DNA of 63,596 bases, filler included, from 5 parts of 5 records of this genome joined end to end with filler, not necessarily neighbours in it; one strand, 5' to 3'; shown: positions 51,349 to 61,255, counted from the whole stretch's first letter. Notes: generated by a model from the letters alone, not told the origin. Program-made: numbers and translations.

Positions 51349-52583
51349 GTGAGGCGGATACCGTTCTTCTGCCCGACAAATTTCCTACTGACTGGCCCAT
51401 TTCCACAGTTGGGGAACAATTCCACATAATTCTGGGCAAGATGCTGGATGCAGAGAAGAATGTAGGGACATACAAGCCGTATCTTGGAAATCGCTCGGTG
51501 CAATGGGGGCATATTGACGTATCCGATTTGGATATGATCAAGCTCACAGATGGAGACATTCGAAAGTATCGCCTTCAAAATGGGGATCTTCTGGTTTGTG
51601 AAGGTGGTGACATCGGTCGTGCGGCGATCTGGGAAAACCAACTTGATGAATGCTATTTTCAGAAAGCCCTTCACAGATTGAGGCCACGGTCTGGATATTC
51701 ATCTGTACTGATGCGTTACCTGCTCGAATATTACGCAAAGTCAGGTTTTCTGGTAAACTTTGCCACGCAAACCAGCATCGCCCATCTTCCTAAAGACAAG
51801 TTCGTCACCGTTCCACTACCCAATGCCCCCCTCCACGAACAACAGGCCATTGCCGCCGCTTTGTCGGATGCGGATGGGGTGGTGGCGGGGTTGGAGCGGG
51901 TGATCGCGAAGAAGCGCCTGATCAAACAGGGGACGATGCAAGACCTCCTCACCGCCCGCCGCCGCCTCCCGGGGTTCTCGGGGGAGTGGGAGTTGAAGCG
52001 GTTAAGCAGCGTCTCCACTTTCATCACAAAGGGTGCAACCCCAACAACATATGGATTCAACTGGGAAGCGCACGGCATCCTATTTTTAAGGAGCGAATGC
52101 GTTTCTGCAAGAGGTCTGGACCTTTCGCAATCAATGTTCATCTCCGAAGAAGCACATCGTGCAACCAAACGTAGTGAGGTAACAGGGGGCGACATTCTCA
52201 TTACCATTACGGGCAACGTTGGCCGCATTGTTCGCTTGCCCAGCGACTTCGGGCAAGCAAACATCAACCAGCATATTGCGCGAATAAGGATTACCCAAAT
52301 TGGAGCAGACCCTGACTTCGTGTTCCATCAGCTTTCACGTCCAGAGTATTTGAAGCATTTCAATGCCATCGTCACGGGACAAGCATATCCACAAATCAGC
52401 CTCCAGCAGGTGCGAGAGGCTGAGGTCCAGTTCCCGGAGATGCGAGAGCAACAAGCCATCGCCACCGTCCTCTCTGACATGGACGCCGAAATCCAGACCC
52501 TCGAGTCTCGCCTGACCAAGGCAAGGGCGATCAAAGAGGGGATGATGCAAAACCTTTTGACAGGGCGGGTGCGCCTCGTTTGA
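51345..52583 (+). CDS. hsdS: Type I R-M specificity subunit
   Basis: Two TRDs each followed by P..EQQAIA..LSD.D...K.G.MQ.LLT; ATGA overlap with the hsdM stop. Confidence 0.94.
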   Translation: MSEADTVLLPDKFPTDWPISTVGEQFHIILGKMLDAEKNVGTYKPYLGNRSVQWGHIDVSDLDMIKLTDGDIRKYRLQNGDLLVCEGGDIGRAAIWENQLDECYFQKALHRLRPRSGYSSVLMRYLLEYYAKSGFLVNFATQTSIAHLPKDKFVTVPLPNAPLHEQQAIAAALSDADGVVAGLERVIAKKRLIKQGTMQDLLTARRRLPGFSGEWELKRLSSVSTFITKGATPTTYGFNWEAHGILFLRSECVSARGLDLSQSMFISEEAHRATKRSEVTGGDILITITGNVGRIVRLPSDFGQANINQHIARIRITQIGADPDFVFHQLSRPEYLKHFNAIVTGQAYPQISLQQVREAEVQFPEMREQQAIATVLSDMDAEIQTLESRLTKARAIKEGMMQNLLTGRVRLV

Positions 52584-52615
52584 TTTGGAACACCATTTTT
52601 AAGGGGTATTCACGC

Positions 52616-55600
52616 ATGACCATAGGCCAGCCGGAACGCGCCACGCAAAACCGCATGATCGCCCAGATGTGCGGCGATACCTCTGGCACCGTCGGCGGCC
52701 TTGGGTGGCGCTACCTTGGCGATTGGCAGAAACGCGGCAGCAACGCCAATATCGAACCCGATTATCTGCGGCCGTGGCTGATCTCTCGCGGCTATGACAC
52801 CGACGTGGTGACCAAGGCCATCGCCGAATTGCAACGCGCCGCCCGCATGGACGGGCTGAAACTGTATGAGGCCAACCGCGCCACCTATGACATGCTGCGC
52901 TATGGCGTCCAAGTCACCCCAGGCCCCGGAGAGGCCCCTGTGACCGTGCGTTTTGTCGATTGGGATAACCCGGCGGCCAATGACATGGGCGTGGCCGAAG
53001 AGGTGGCGATTTCCGCCCGCAACCCCAAGGCCTATAACAAGCGCCCCGATCTGGTGCTGTATGTGAACGGGATCGCCTTGGGCGTTGTGGAGTTGAAGAA
53101 ATCCACCGTGGACCTGGGCGAAGGCATCCGCCAGACGCTGGACAACCAGCGCCCCGAATTCATCCCGCATTTCTTTACGACGGTGCAGTTGACCCTTGCC
53201 GGGAACGAGGTGCAGGGCCTGCGCTATGCCGCCATTCAGACCCCGCAGAACTATTGGCTGGCGTGGAAGGAAGACAGCGATATCACCGCCCCGCTGGAGC
53301 GGGATGTGTCGCAGATGCTTACCCCTGCCCGGTTTCTGGAGGTGATCAACGATTTCATCCTGTATGATGCGGGGATCAAGAAAATCACCCGCCCCAACCA
53401 GTATTTCGCCGTCAAAGCCGCGCAAGATGCCGTGCGGGCAAGGCAAGGCGGGATCATCTGGCAAACCCAAGGATCGGGGAAAAGCCTGATCATGGTGATG
53501 CTGGCCCGCTGGATCCGCGAGGCGCTGCCCGATGCGCGGATTCTGGTGGTGACCGACCGGAAAGAGCTGGATGACCAGATCGAGGCGGTGTTCAGCAACA
53601 CAGGCGACAAGGTGCGCCGCGCGAAATCCGGGGCGGACCTGCTCGCGGCCTTGGCCGACCCGAAGGAACGGGTGGTGTCGTCCCTGGTGCATAAATTCGG
53701 CCGCCGCGAAGAGGACGAGATGGGCGCCATGATCGCCGAGATCCAACGCGGCCAGATCGGTGCGCCGGTGGGCGCGTTCTTCGTGTTCATCGACGAGGCG
53801 CACAGGACGCAATCGGGCAAGCTGGCGCGCGCGATGCGGATGATCCTGCCGAATGCGGTATTCTTCGGGTTTACGGGAACGCCCTTGCTGAAGACGGATA
53901 AACAGACCTCGCTTGAGACATTCGGGCCCTATATCGGCAAGCCCTACCGGTTCAACGAGGCGGTCGAGGATGAGGTGGTGCTGGACCTGCGCTATGAGGC
54001 GCGAGATATCGACCAGCGTGTTGGATCGCATGAACGGATCGACGACTGGTTCGAGGTGAATACCGCCGGACTTACCCCAGTAGCAAAGGCCACCCTGAAA
54101 CAACGCTGGGGCACCCTGCAAAAGGTCTTGTCGTCCAAGGAAAGGCTCGGGCAGATCGCACTCGATATCATGATGGACATGAAGAAGAAGCCGCGTCTGG
54201 CCTCGGGCCGTGGCAACGCGATGCTGGTGGCCGGGTCCATCCCTGAAGCATGCCGGTTCTTCGAGATATTCCGGGATTCAGGGTCTGATCTGGCGGGGAA
54301 ATGCGCGATTGTCACGTCCTATAAACGCAATGCGTCCGAGTTGACTGGCGAAGAGGCCGGGATGGGCGAGACCGAAAAGCAATATGTCTACCGCGTCTAT
54401 GACCGGCTGATGACCGATCTTGGCACGGATGAAGAGGCTTACGAGGCCGAGGCCCTGCGCAAATTCCGCAAGGAACCGGCGCAGATGAAGCTGTTGATCG
54501 TGGTCAGCCGCTTGTTGACCGGCTTTGACGCCCCCACGGCCACATACATCTACATCGACAAACAGATGCGGGATCATGGGCTGTTCCAGGCGATCTGTCG
54601 GGTGAACCGCTTGGACGGGGAGGACAAGGATTACGGCTATGTCGTGGATTACAAAGACCTCTTCAAGAATATCGAGGCGGCAGTGGATGATTACACATCC
54701 GAAGCGTTCGATGCTTTTGATGCCGAGGATGTCGAGGGGCTGATCTCGAACCGTGCCGAAAAGGCCGGGGTTGACCTGTATACCGCACGGGATGCCTGGT
54801 TCGGGCTGCTGGACCCGGTGGAGCAGCCGAAAGGGGACGAGCAGATATTTGCCTATTTCTCCAGTCCCCACGGGTGGGAGAAAGACCCCGACGCCGAGGA
54901 AAAAGCCCGGAGGCGTCAGGCGCTTTATAAGTTGGCGGGCGCATATGCGCGGGCCTTCGCATCCGTTGCGGAAGACCCTGCTGCAAGCGGCGTGAATGAC
55001 CTTCAGCTTTCCCAATATCGGGGTGAGGTCGAGAAGGCCCTTTCCATCCGGGATGCCGTGCGGTTGCACAGTGGTGATGCGGTCGACATGAAGCAGTTCG
55101 AACCTGCCATGCGCCATCTGATCGACAGCTATATCAAAGCGGACGGGTCCGAGGTGATTTCGCATCTCGATGACATCAGTCTGATTGACCTTGTGGCCAG
55201 TAAGGGCGCCTCGGTCGAGGATGGGCTGCCCAGTGGTTTGAAGGGCAATCGGGAGAATGTGGCCGAGGCAATCGAGAACAATGTCCGCAGGTTGATCATC
55301 GATGAAACCCCGGTGAACCCGAAATTCTATGAGCGGATGTCCGAGCTGTTAACGGACTTGGTGCAAAAACGCCGCGATGATGCCATCGCTTATGCAGAGT
55401 ACCTGGAAAAGATTGCCGAGCTTGTCCGGTCTGTGAAGGCAGGTCATGGCGGGGAATATCCAGCATCCATAAGCAGCCCCGGACGCAAAGCCCTGTTCGA
55501 TAATTTGGGTCAGGATGAGGCACACACCTTAACGGTTGATCAGTTGATCCGTGATAACGCTCAATCCGGATGGCGGGGTAATCGCATGAAGGAAAGGATG

Positions 55601-55687
55601 CTCCGGAAAAAGCTGGCAGATGTTTTCGACGGTGAAGACGCGATCGATCTGATTATCGAGATTATCCGGTCACATGATGAATACTGA
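52616..55687 (+). CDS. hsdR: Type I R-M restriction subunit
   Basis: RPDLVLYVNG..VELK nuclease, QGSGKS, DEAHR, FTGTP, LTGFD and QAICRVNR. Confidence 0.96.
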   Translation: MTIGQPERATQNRMIAQMCGDTSGTVGGLGWRYLGDWQKRGSNANIEPDYLRPWLISRGYDTDVVTKAIAELQRAARMDGLKLYEANRATYDMLRYGVQVTPGPGEAPVTVRFVDWDNPAANDMGVAEEVAISARNPKAYNKRPDLVLYVNGIALGVVELKKSTVDLGEGIRQTLDNQRPEFIPHFFTTVQLTLAGNEVQGLRYAAIQTPQNYWLAWKEDSDITAPLERDVSQMLTPARFLEVINDFILYDAGIKKITRPNQYFAVKAAQDAVRARQGGIIWQTQGSGKSLIMVMLARWIREALPDARILVVTDRKELDDQIEAVFSNTGDKVRRAKSGADLLAALADPKERVVSSLVHKFGRREEDEMGAMIAEIQRGQIGAPVGAFFVFIDEAHRTQSGKLARAMRMILPNAVFFGFTGTPLLKTDKQTSLETFGPYIGKPYRFNEAVEDEVVLDLRYEARDIDQRVGSHERIDDWFEVNTAGLTPVAKATLKQRWGTLQKVLSSKERLGQIALDIMMDMKKKPRLASGRGNAMLVAGSIPEACRFFEIFRDSGSDLAGKCAIVTSYKRNASELTGEEAGMGETEKQYVYRVYDRLMTDLGTDEEAYEAEALRKFRKEPAQMKLLIVVSRLLTGFDAPTATYIYIDKQMRDHGLFQAICRVNRLDGEDKDYGYVVDYKDLFKNIEAAVDDYTSEAFDAFDAEDVEGLISNRAEKAGVDLYTARDAWFGLLDPVEQPKGDEQIFAYFSSPHGWEKDPDAEEKARRRQALYKLAGAYARAFASVAEDPAASGVNDLQLSQYRGEVEKALSIRDAVRLHSGDAVDMKQFEPAMRHLIDSYIKADGSEVISHLDDISLIDLVASKGASVEDGLPSGLKGNRENVAEAIENNVRRLIIDETPVNPKFYERMSELLTDLVQKRRDDAIAYAEYLEKIAELVRSVKAGHGGEYPASISSPGRKALFDNLGQDEAHTLTVDQLIRDNAQSGWRGNRMKERMLRKKLADVFDGEDAIDLIIEIIRSHDEY

Positions 55688-56387
55688 CTTGATCGCAGTG
55701 GCGGGCTTGTCGGTCGAGCTTGTCCGAAAGCCCATCAAGAACCTGCATATCGGAGTCTATCCGCCAGAGGGACGTGTCCGCGTGGCTGCCCCACCGTCAA
55801 TCAGTGAGGATGCAATCCGTGTTGCGATTGTTACAAGGCTGGGGTGGATCAAGAAAAAGCAACGGGAATTTGCCGGACAAGCCCGTGAACCGGAACGGCA
55901 ATATGTGTCGGGAGAAACCCATTATGTTTGGGGGAAGCCCCTGCGGCTGCTTGTCCAATCGATCAACACGAACCGCTGCATGATCCAAGCAGACGCTTCG
56001 GATCGGCTAACCATGATCGTGCCATCATGCTCGCTGACTGAACACAAAGCGCACTGTATGATGAAGTGGTACCGGTCGCAGCTTCGGGAAAAAGCCACTC
56101 CTCGCATTTCAAAGTGGGCCGAAAGGCTAGGCGTGCAGATGCCACAGTGGGGCATCAGGTTGATGAAAACGAAATGGGGCAGCTGCAATCCTGCAAAAGG
56201 GACTGTGTGGCTAAACCTCAACCTTGCGAAGAAGCCACTGCCTGCGCTGGACTATGTAATCCTGCACGAAATGGCCCACTTTGTCTCGCCGCGCCATGAC
56301 GACGTGTTTTTGAGCGTCTTGAACCGGCACATGCCGGGATGGCGTCAGATCCGAGCGGACCTCAATGCTCTACCGCTTTCGGAATGA
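55677..56387 (+). CDS. M48/DUF45 (YgjP-like) metalloprotein
   Basis: MKTKWGSC and YVILHEMAH..H (HExxH); overlaps the hsdR end. Confidence 0.9.
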   Translation: MNTDLIAVAGLSVELVRKPIKNLHIGVYPPEGRVRVAAPPSISEDAIRVAIVTRLGWIKKKQREFAGQAREPERQYVSGETHYVWGKPLRLLVQSINTNRCMIQADASDRLTMIVPSCSLTEHKAHCMMKWYRSQLREKATPRISKWAERLGVQMPQWGIRLMKTKWGSCNPAKGTVWLNLNLAKKPLPALDYVILHEMAHFVSPRHDDVFLSVLNRHMPGWRQIRADLNALPLSE

Positions 56388-56665
56388 TGCGGGCCAAACG
56401 AGAGTGCGATTTCCTTTCCTCCTCGAGAAAGCCACTGATATCGAAGTGTTTAGCTGGCGTCACCACGAAACGCATATTTTTCAGAGGGTTGCGAGCAATT
56501 CACCAAATCCGCGCAGTCATGAGGTCCAGAGAATATCGGCCTTGAGAGACTGCTTCGGGACATCTCAGCGCCTAGGGCGGTGCTCAGCCCCTCCCGCATA
56601 ACCCTCGAGAACAACGGAAAAATCCGGCCGCAGCCGGATCGGGAGAAACGTTTCTCGGTGGCAAG

Positions 56666-56681
56666 TGGCGGAGGGGGTGGG
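56666..56681 (-). other. tRNA 3'-end duplicate (candidate att site)
   Basis: Minus strand CCCACCCCCTCCGCCA resembles a tRNA-Ser-type 3' end with CCA; the rest of the tRNA is absent. Confidence 0.55.
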
Positions 56682-56782
56682 CCTGGGATCGGACCCTCTC
56701 TACCATCTAAGTTATTGTAATCATTGATACGGGGCCGAGTTCGAAAGTCATCCGGTTCGAACGGGTCTGACAGCCAACCGTT

Positions 56783-57172
56783 TTACGTCGCCGGCAAGGG
56801 ATACAACCTCATCGTAATCCCACCCTGCGCATCTTCTTCAACTTCCAAGACATGGTTCACCATGACATCATTTGGATCGCCACGCTCAGCAAGATAATCG
56901 ATCGCCGACAACAGGTAGGCTTTCGACTGCTCACGGGAGGTGCAGGGAATAATGATAATCCCCGGATGTATTTCTTCTCGAGCGACCAAAGCTCGAAAAT
57001 CCTTTGCATTCTCAGTCACGATGACGAGGTTTTCGCGCGTTGCCCTCGCCAAGACAGCATGATCCGGTTCGCCCATACCACCTTGATTTCGCGGGTGAAC
57101 CGCATAGTGCCCGATTTCAATCAGTTCGAGGGCCATCTTCGGCGATAAGCACTCGTCTATAAATAATTGCAA
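56783..57172 (-). CDS. DUF5615 PIN-like toxin
   Basis: LFIDECLS, D.AVLA.A, IVTENAKDF and HPGII. Confidence 0.85.
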   Translation of the reverse strand: MQLFIDECLSPKMALELIEIGHYAVHPRNQGGMGEPDHAVLARATRENLVIVTENAKDFRALVAREEIHPGIIIIPCTSREQSKAYLLSAIDYLAERGDPNDVMVNHVLEVEEDAQGGITMRLYPLPAT

Positions 57173-57196
57173 GTTCGCGCGCTTTCCTGTGCCACT

Positions 57197-57799
57197 TCAG
57201 CGCCACGGCTTTCCAGCTCCAGGCCTTCCGCGAGCGGGATGGCTATTTGCGTAAGTCAGCGCGACCTCGAAGACTTCTTTCGGGATTTCACCATCGTAAT
57301 CTTCAACGAGATCGTCAAGTGTGTCACCGGCATCAACACGGCCCTTCACAGAGCGACATGTAATCCGAGTCCCTTTGATGATGGGCTCGCCACCAAGAAT
57401 TTCTGGATCGCTCGTCAGATATTTATTCTTTGCAGCCAAGTAGGAACGAGCGTGGGACCATTCTGTACCGGCGATGGCATCAAGATTAAGCAGCAGGCCT
57501 TCACCCAAGTCCGCCACCCCGAAAGAGCCCCCAAGGCCACGAGACGTCCGAAGGAACCGCCAAAGACGCTTTTTGAAGGTCTTGTTCGGGGAAATGTTTG
57601 CACAGTTTTTAAGGGCGGCTGTATAGACCACGGTTTCCGCGGGCACGTGAAATACCTCACGCTTGACCAGATACCCAGTGTATTTTTTCTTGTGAACGAT
57701 GCCTTCTTCGCACGACTTCTCAACCTTGCGGACAGAAACACCTGCAAGATGGGCGGCCTCGTTCACAGTAAGATCGTCGATGTGTGCTGTCGCTGCCAT
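57197..57799 (-). CDS. DUF433 domain antitoxin with N-terminal HTH
   Basis: LTVNEAAHLAGV and SDPEILGGEPIIKGTRI; directly upstream of the PIN gene. Confidence 0.87.
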   Translation of the reverse strand: MAATAHIDDLTVNEAAHLAGVSVRKVEKSCEEGIVHKKKYTGYLVKREVFHVPAETVVYTAALKNCANISPNKTFKKRLWRFLRTSRGLGGSFGVADLGEGLLLNLDAIAGTEWSHARSYLAAKNKYLTSDPEILGGEPIIKGTRITCRSVKGRVDAGDTLDDLVEDYDGEIPKEVFEVALTYANSHPARGRPGAGKPWR

Positions 57800-57859
57800 A
57801 ATCTTTCCCTTCCAGGGGAAGATATAAGGCCTGGGACGGTCATGTCAACGCTGGGCCGC

Positions 57860-57974
57860 TCACACCGCCCGCAGCTGATCCGCCCCAACCGCCACGCGCG
57901 TCTGCGTACCCATAAGTTCCATCAGAACCCAGACCCGCCGGTCGGGCGCGATCTTTTCCACCTCTGCCACAAAA
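57860..57974 (-). CDS. RfaH/NusG-like antiterminator, 3' fragment
   Basis: Manual translation FVAEVEKIAPDRRVWVLMELMGTQTRVAVGADQLRAV*, resembling an RfaH-type C-terminal domain. Confidence 0.7.
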
Positions 57975-58074
57975 NNNNNNNNNNNNNNNNNNNNNNNNNN
58001 NNNNNNNNNNNNNNNNNNTTAATTAATTAANNNNNNNNNNNNNNNNNNNNNNNNNNNNNNNNNNNNNNNNNNNN
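57975..58074. other. Artificial contig linker
   Basis: N44-TTAATTAATTAA-N44. Confidence 0.99.
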
Positions 58075-59511
58075 TTCGATGCCGTGGTGGCTGCCTTCGC
58101 GGCCCAGACCAGACTGTTTGATGCCACCGAATGGGGCGACCTCGGTTGAAATGATGCCAGTGTTGACGCCAACGATGCCATATTCCAGCGCTTCGGCAAC
58201 CTTGTACACGCGGCTCAGGTCTTTGGCATAGAAATAGGACGCCAGACCAAAGATGGTGTCGTTGGCCATCGCGATGACTTCGTCTTCGTCTTCGAATTTG
58301 AACAGCGGCGCGAGGGGGCCGAATGTCTCTTCCTGTGCGACCTTCATGTCCTGCGTCACGCCGGTGACAACAGTCGGTTGGAAAAAGGTACCGCCCAGAT
58401 CGTGTGCTGCGCCGCCGGTCAGAACCGCGCCACCGTTGCTCAGCACATCGTCGATGTGTTCCTGCACTTTTTCGATGGCCTCAGCATTGATCAGCGGGCC
58501 CGTTGTGGTGCCAGCCGTCAGGCCGTCGCCGATGTTCAGTGCCTCAACCGCGACCTTTAGTTTGGCCGAGAATTCATCGTAAACGCCAGCCTGTACATAG
58601 ATCCGGTTGGCACAAACACAGGTCTGGCCGTTGTTGCGGAATTTGCACATCATTGCGCCTTCGACGGCGGCGTCCAGATCGGCGTCATCAAACACGATGA
58701 ACGGTGCGTTGCCGCCCAGCTCCATCGAACATTTCATGACCTGATCTGCGGCCTGCTTCATCAGGATGCGACCCACTTCGGTCGAGCCGGTAAAGGTCAG
58801 CTTGCGGATGCCGGGGTTTTCGCAGAATTCCTTGCCGATCTGCGATGCGCTGGACGACGGCACAACGTTGAACACACCAGCAGGGATGCCAGCGCGTTCG
58901 GCCAGAACCCCCATCACAATCGCGGACAGCGGCGTTTCTTTGGCGGGACGTGCCACAAAGGCACAGCCAGCAGCCAGCGCGGGCGCGGCTTTGCGGGTGA
59001 TCATCGCGTTGGGAAAATTCCACGGCGTGATCGACGCGGCCACACCGATGGGCTGCTTCAGCACGGTGATGCGCTTGTCGCGCTGGTGGCCCGGAATAGT
59101 CTCGCCATAGATGCGCTTGGCTTCTTCGCCAAAGAATTCGATGAATGACGCACCATAGCCGATTTCGCCAATCGCTTCGGCCAGGGGTTTGCCCTGCTCG
59201 GCGGTCAGGATTGCGCCCAGATCAGCGGCGTTTTCAACCATCAGGTCGAACCAGCGGCGCATGATGATCGCGCGCTCTTTGCCGGTCATGGCTGCCCATT
59301 CTTTTTGCGCGGCTTCGGCCTGTGCAATAGCACCGGCAACCTGTGCCCGGCTCAGGTCGGCGACCTGCGCGATCACATCGCCACGGGCCGGGTTAATGAC
59401 ATCAAAGGTGCCATTGTCGCCGTCGACCCACTGGCCGCCGATATAGGCTTTGGTCGCCAGCAGCTCTGGGTCTTTCAAGAGCGATTTGAGATCGGTGGTA
59501 GCATCGAGCAT
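58075..59511 (-). CDS. gabD: NAD(P)-dependent succinate-semialdehyde dehydrogenase, 3' end truncated
   Basis: ITPWNFP, TFTGST, MELGGNAP, FRNNGQTCVC and EETFGP; ATG at 59511. Confidence 0.92.
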
Positions 59512-59656
59512 GTAGGTGTCTCCGGCAGAAAAAATTGTTCGCGTACCGACAAAACAGGTGGCGCGGTGTTTGTCTAGGTCCACCTAGTACTGCTCATTTA
59601 AGTCCACGTAAAGGTGAGCGTTCACTAAGTTTAGGTGAAGCGTAGAAATGAAGGGC

Positions 59657-59685
59657 TTGCGCGACTCGCCCAACACAGGCAAATT
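59657..59685 (+). promoter_or_regulatory. Candidate sigma70-type promoter for creatinase
   Basis: TTGCGC-N17-CAAATT, placing the start site near 59692. Confidence 0.45.
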
Positions 59686-59691
59686 GCGCGC

Positions 59692-59785
59692 GGGCTCAGG
59701 CGATGGCGTCGCCGCATGCCGCAGGGGATGCGCCCAAGTTCTGTCCTGAACGCCAGGACCTTTCTGAAGAGGAGGGTCACCCATG
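59692..59785 (+). ncRNA. Candidate riboswitch-like structured leader
   Basis: Three-way junction, pseudoknot complementarity and an SD-sequestering helix (see findings). Confidence 0.5.
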
Positions 59786-61000
59786 ACCACCACCACACCA
59801 CGTCCCGATTTTTACCGTTATCACAATGGTGTAAAGGCTCCGCTGCCATTTGCAGAGGCCGAATACGAAGCGCGCCTGACCGAGCTGCGCGAACGTATGG
59901 ACGCCGCTGGCGCGACCGCTGCCGTGTTCACCTCGATGCACAACATCGCCTATTACTCGGGCTTTTTGTACTGCTCGTTTGGCCGCCCCTACGGTCTGGT
60001 TGTGACCGAAACCGAATGTGTCACCATCAGCGCCGGGATCGATGCTGGCCAGCCATGGCGCCGCAGCTTTGCCGACAACATCACCTATACCGATTGGCAG
60101 CGTGACAACTACTGGCGTGCGATTCTGTCAGTGACGGGTCCAGGCAAAGTCATCGGCTATGAGGGCGACCACCTGACTCTGATGCAGCGCGACAAGATGG
60201 AGGACTTCCTCAAGCCCGCCACCATGGTTGACCTTTTTGAGACCACCATGCGCCAGCGGATGCACAAATCCGAGGCCGAGATCGCCCTGATCCGTCACGG
60301 CGCCAATGTGGCTGACGTGGGTGGCTACGCGATCCGCGACGCGGTCAAAGCTGGCGTGCGCGAAATCGACGTGGCGATGGCCGGTCGGGACGCAATGGAA
60401 CTTGAAATCGCCAAGCGGTTCCCCGATGCAGAATACCGGGATTCGTGGGTTTGGTTCCAGTCGGGCATCAACACCGATGGCGCGCACAACCCAGTCACTG
60501 GCCGTGTGCTAGAACGGGGCGATATCCTGTCCTTGAACACGTTCCCCATGATTTCCGCCTATTACACGGCGCTGGAACGCACCATGTTTGTGCAAGAGGT
60601 CGATCCCGCGTCGCTGAAAATCTGGGAGGCCAACGTGGCCGCGCATGAATACGGCATGTCGCTGCTCAAGCCGGGCGTCAGCTGTTCCGAAGTGACCCAC
60701 AAGATCAACGAATTCTTCGAAGAGCGTGATCTGCTGCAGTACCGCACCTTTGGCTATGGCCACTCGTTTGGGGTTCTGTCGCATTTCTACGGTCGCGAAG
60801 CGGGTCTGGAACTGCGCGAAGACATCGACACGGTTCTTGAGCCGGGCATGGTGATTTCGATGGAGCCAATGCTGACCATCGCCAACGGCGAGCCGGGTGC
60901 TGGTGGCTACCGTGAACATGACATTCTGGTCATCAATGATGACGGCAATGAAAACATCACTGGCTACCCCTACGGGCCGGAATTCAACGTCGTCGGCTAA
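59783..61000 (+). CDS. Creatinase (creatine amidinohydrolase, M24 fold)
   Basis: HNG.K...PF, CSFGRPY, DAGQPWRR, QSGINTDGAHNP, YYTALERT, YRTFGYGHSFG and GAGGYREHDIL. Confidence 0.92.
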   Translation: MTTTTPRPDFYRYHNGVKAPLPFAEAEYEARLTELRERMDAAGATAAVFTSMHNIAYYSGFLYCSFGRPYGLVVTETECVTISAGIDAGQPWRRSFADNITYTDWQRDNYWRAILSVTGPGKVIGYEGDHLTLMQRDKMEDFLKPATMVDLFETTMRQRMHKSEAEIALIRHGANVADVGGYAIRDAVKAGVREIDVAMAGRDAMELEIAKRFPDAEYRDSWVWFQSGINTDGAHNPVTGRVLERGDILSLNTFPMISAYYTALERTMFVQEVDPASLKIWEANVAAHEYGMSLLKPGVSCSEVTHKINEFFEERDLLQYRTFGYGHSFGVLSHFYGREAGLELREDIDTVLEPGMVISMEPMLTIANGEPGAGGYREHDILVINDDGNENITGYPYGPEFNVVG

Positions 61001-61041
61001 GGCCGCGCGCTGCGTTAACGGGGTCTGACGATCCCACAAGC

Positions 61042-61067
61042 CGGGGGGCGCCAAGCCGCGCCCCCCG
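61042..61067. repeat. REP-like GC hairpin
   Basis: CGGGGGGCGC-caagcc-GCGCCCCCCG. Confidence 0.45.
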
Positions 61068-61219
61068 TGCACCTCCTGCACACCGGCGTGGCACAGCACA
61101 CGCAGCGGGGCGGGGTTTAACGTCTCTAAACATATGATGAATTGATGGGCGGCTGGGGTGTGAAACACCAGCGGCCGTTCTGTGTTGGCGTCCTGATCCA
61201 AGACCCGGCAACCAGACAC

Positions 61220-61255
61220 AAAAAAACGCCGAGCAGGGGACCCCGCTCGGCGTTT
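61220..61255 (-). terminator. BCCT gene terminator
   Basis: Minus strand AAACGCCGAGCGGG-gtc-CCTGCTCGGCGTTTTTTT. Confidence 0.82.

Larger units (their letters stand above)
48629..56681. mobile_element. Terminal cargo region of an integrative element/prophage-like island
   Basis: Recombinase-associated gene, R-M cargo and a tRNA-3'-end-like att sequence at 56666-56681. Confidence 0.6.

Noticed and set aside
59699-59755. Canonical fluoride riboswitch
   Set aside because: The loop is one nucleotide short of GGCGAUGGYGUUCGCC, the 3' part reads CUGAACGCC rather than CURAUGACRCC, and the gene context does not fit. Kept only as a possible relative.
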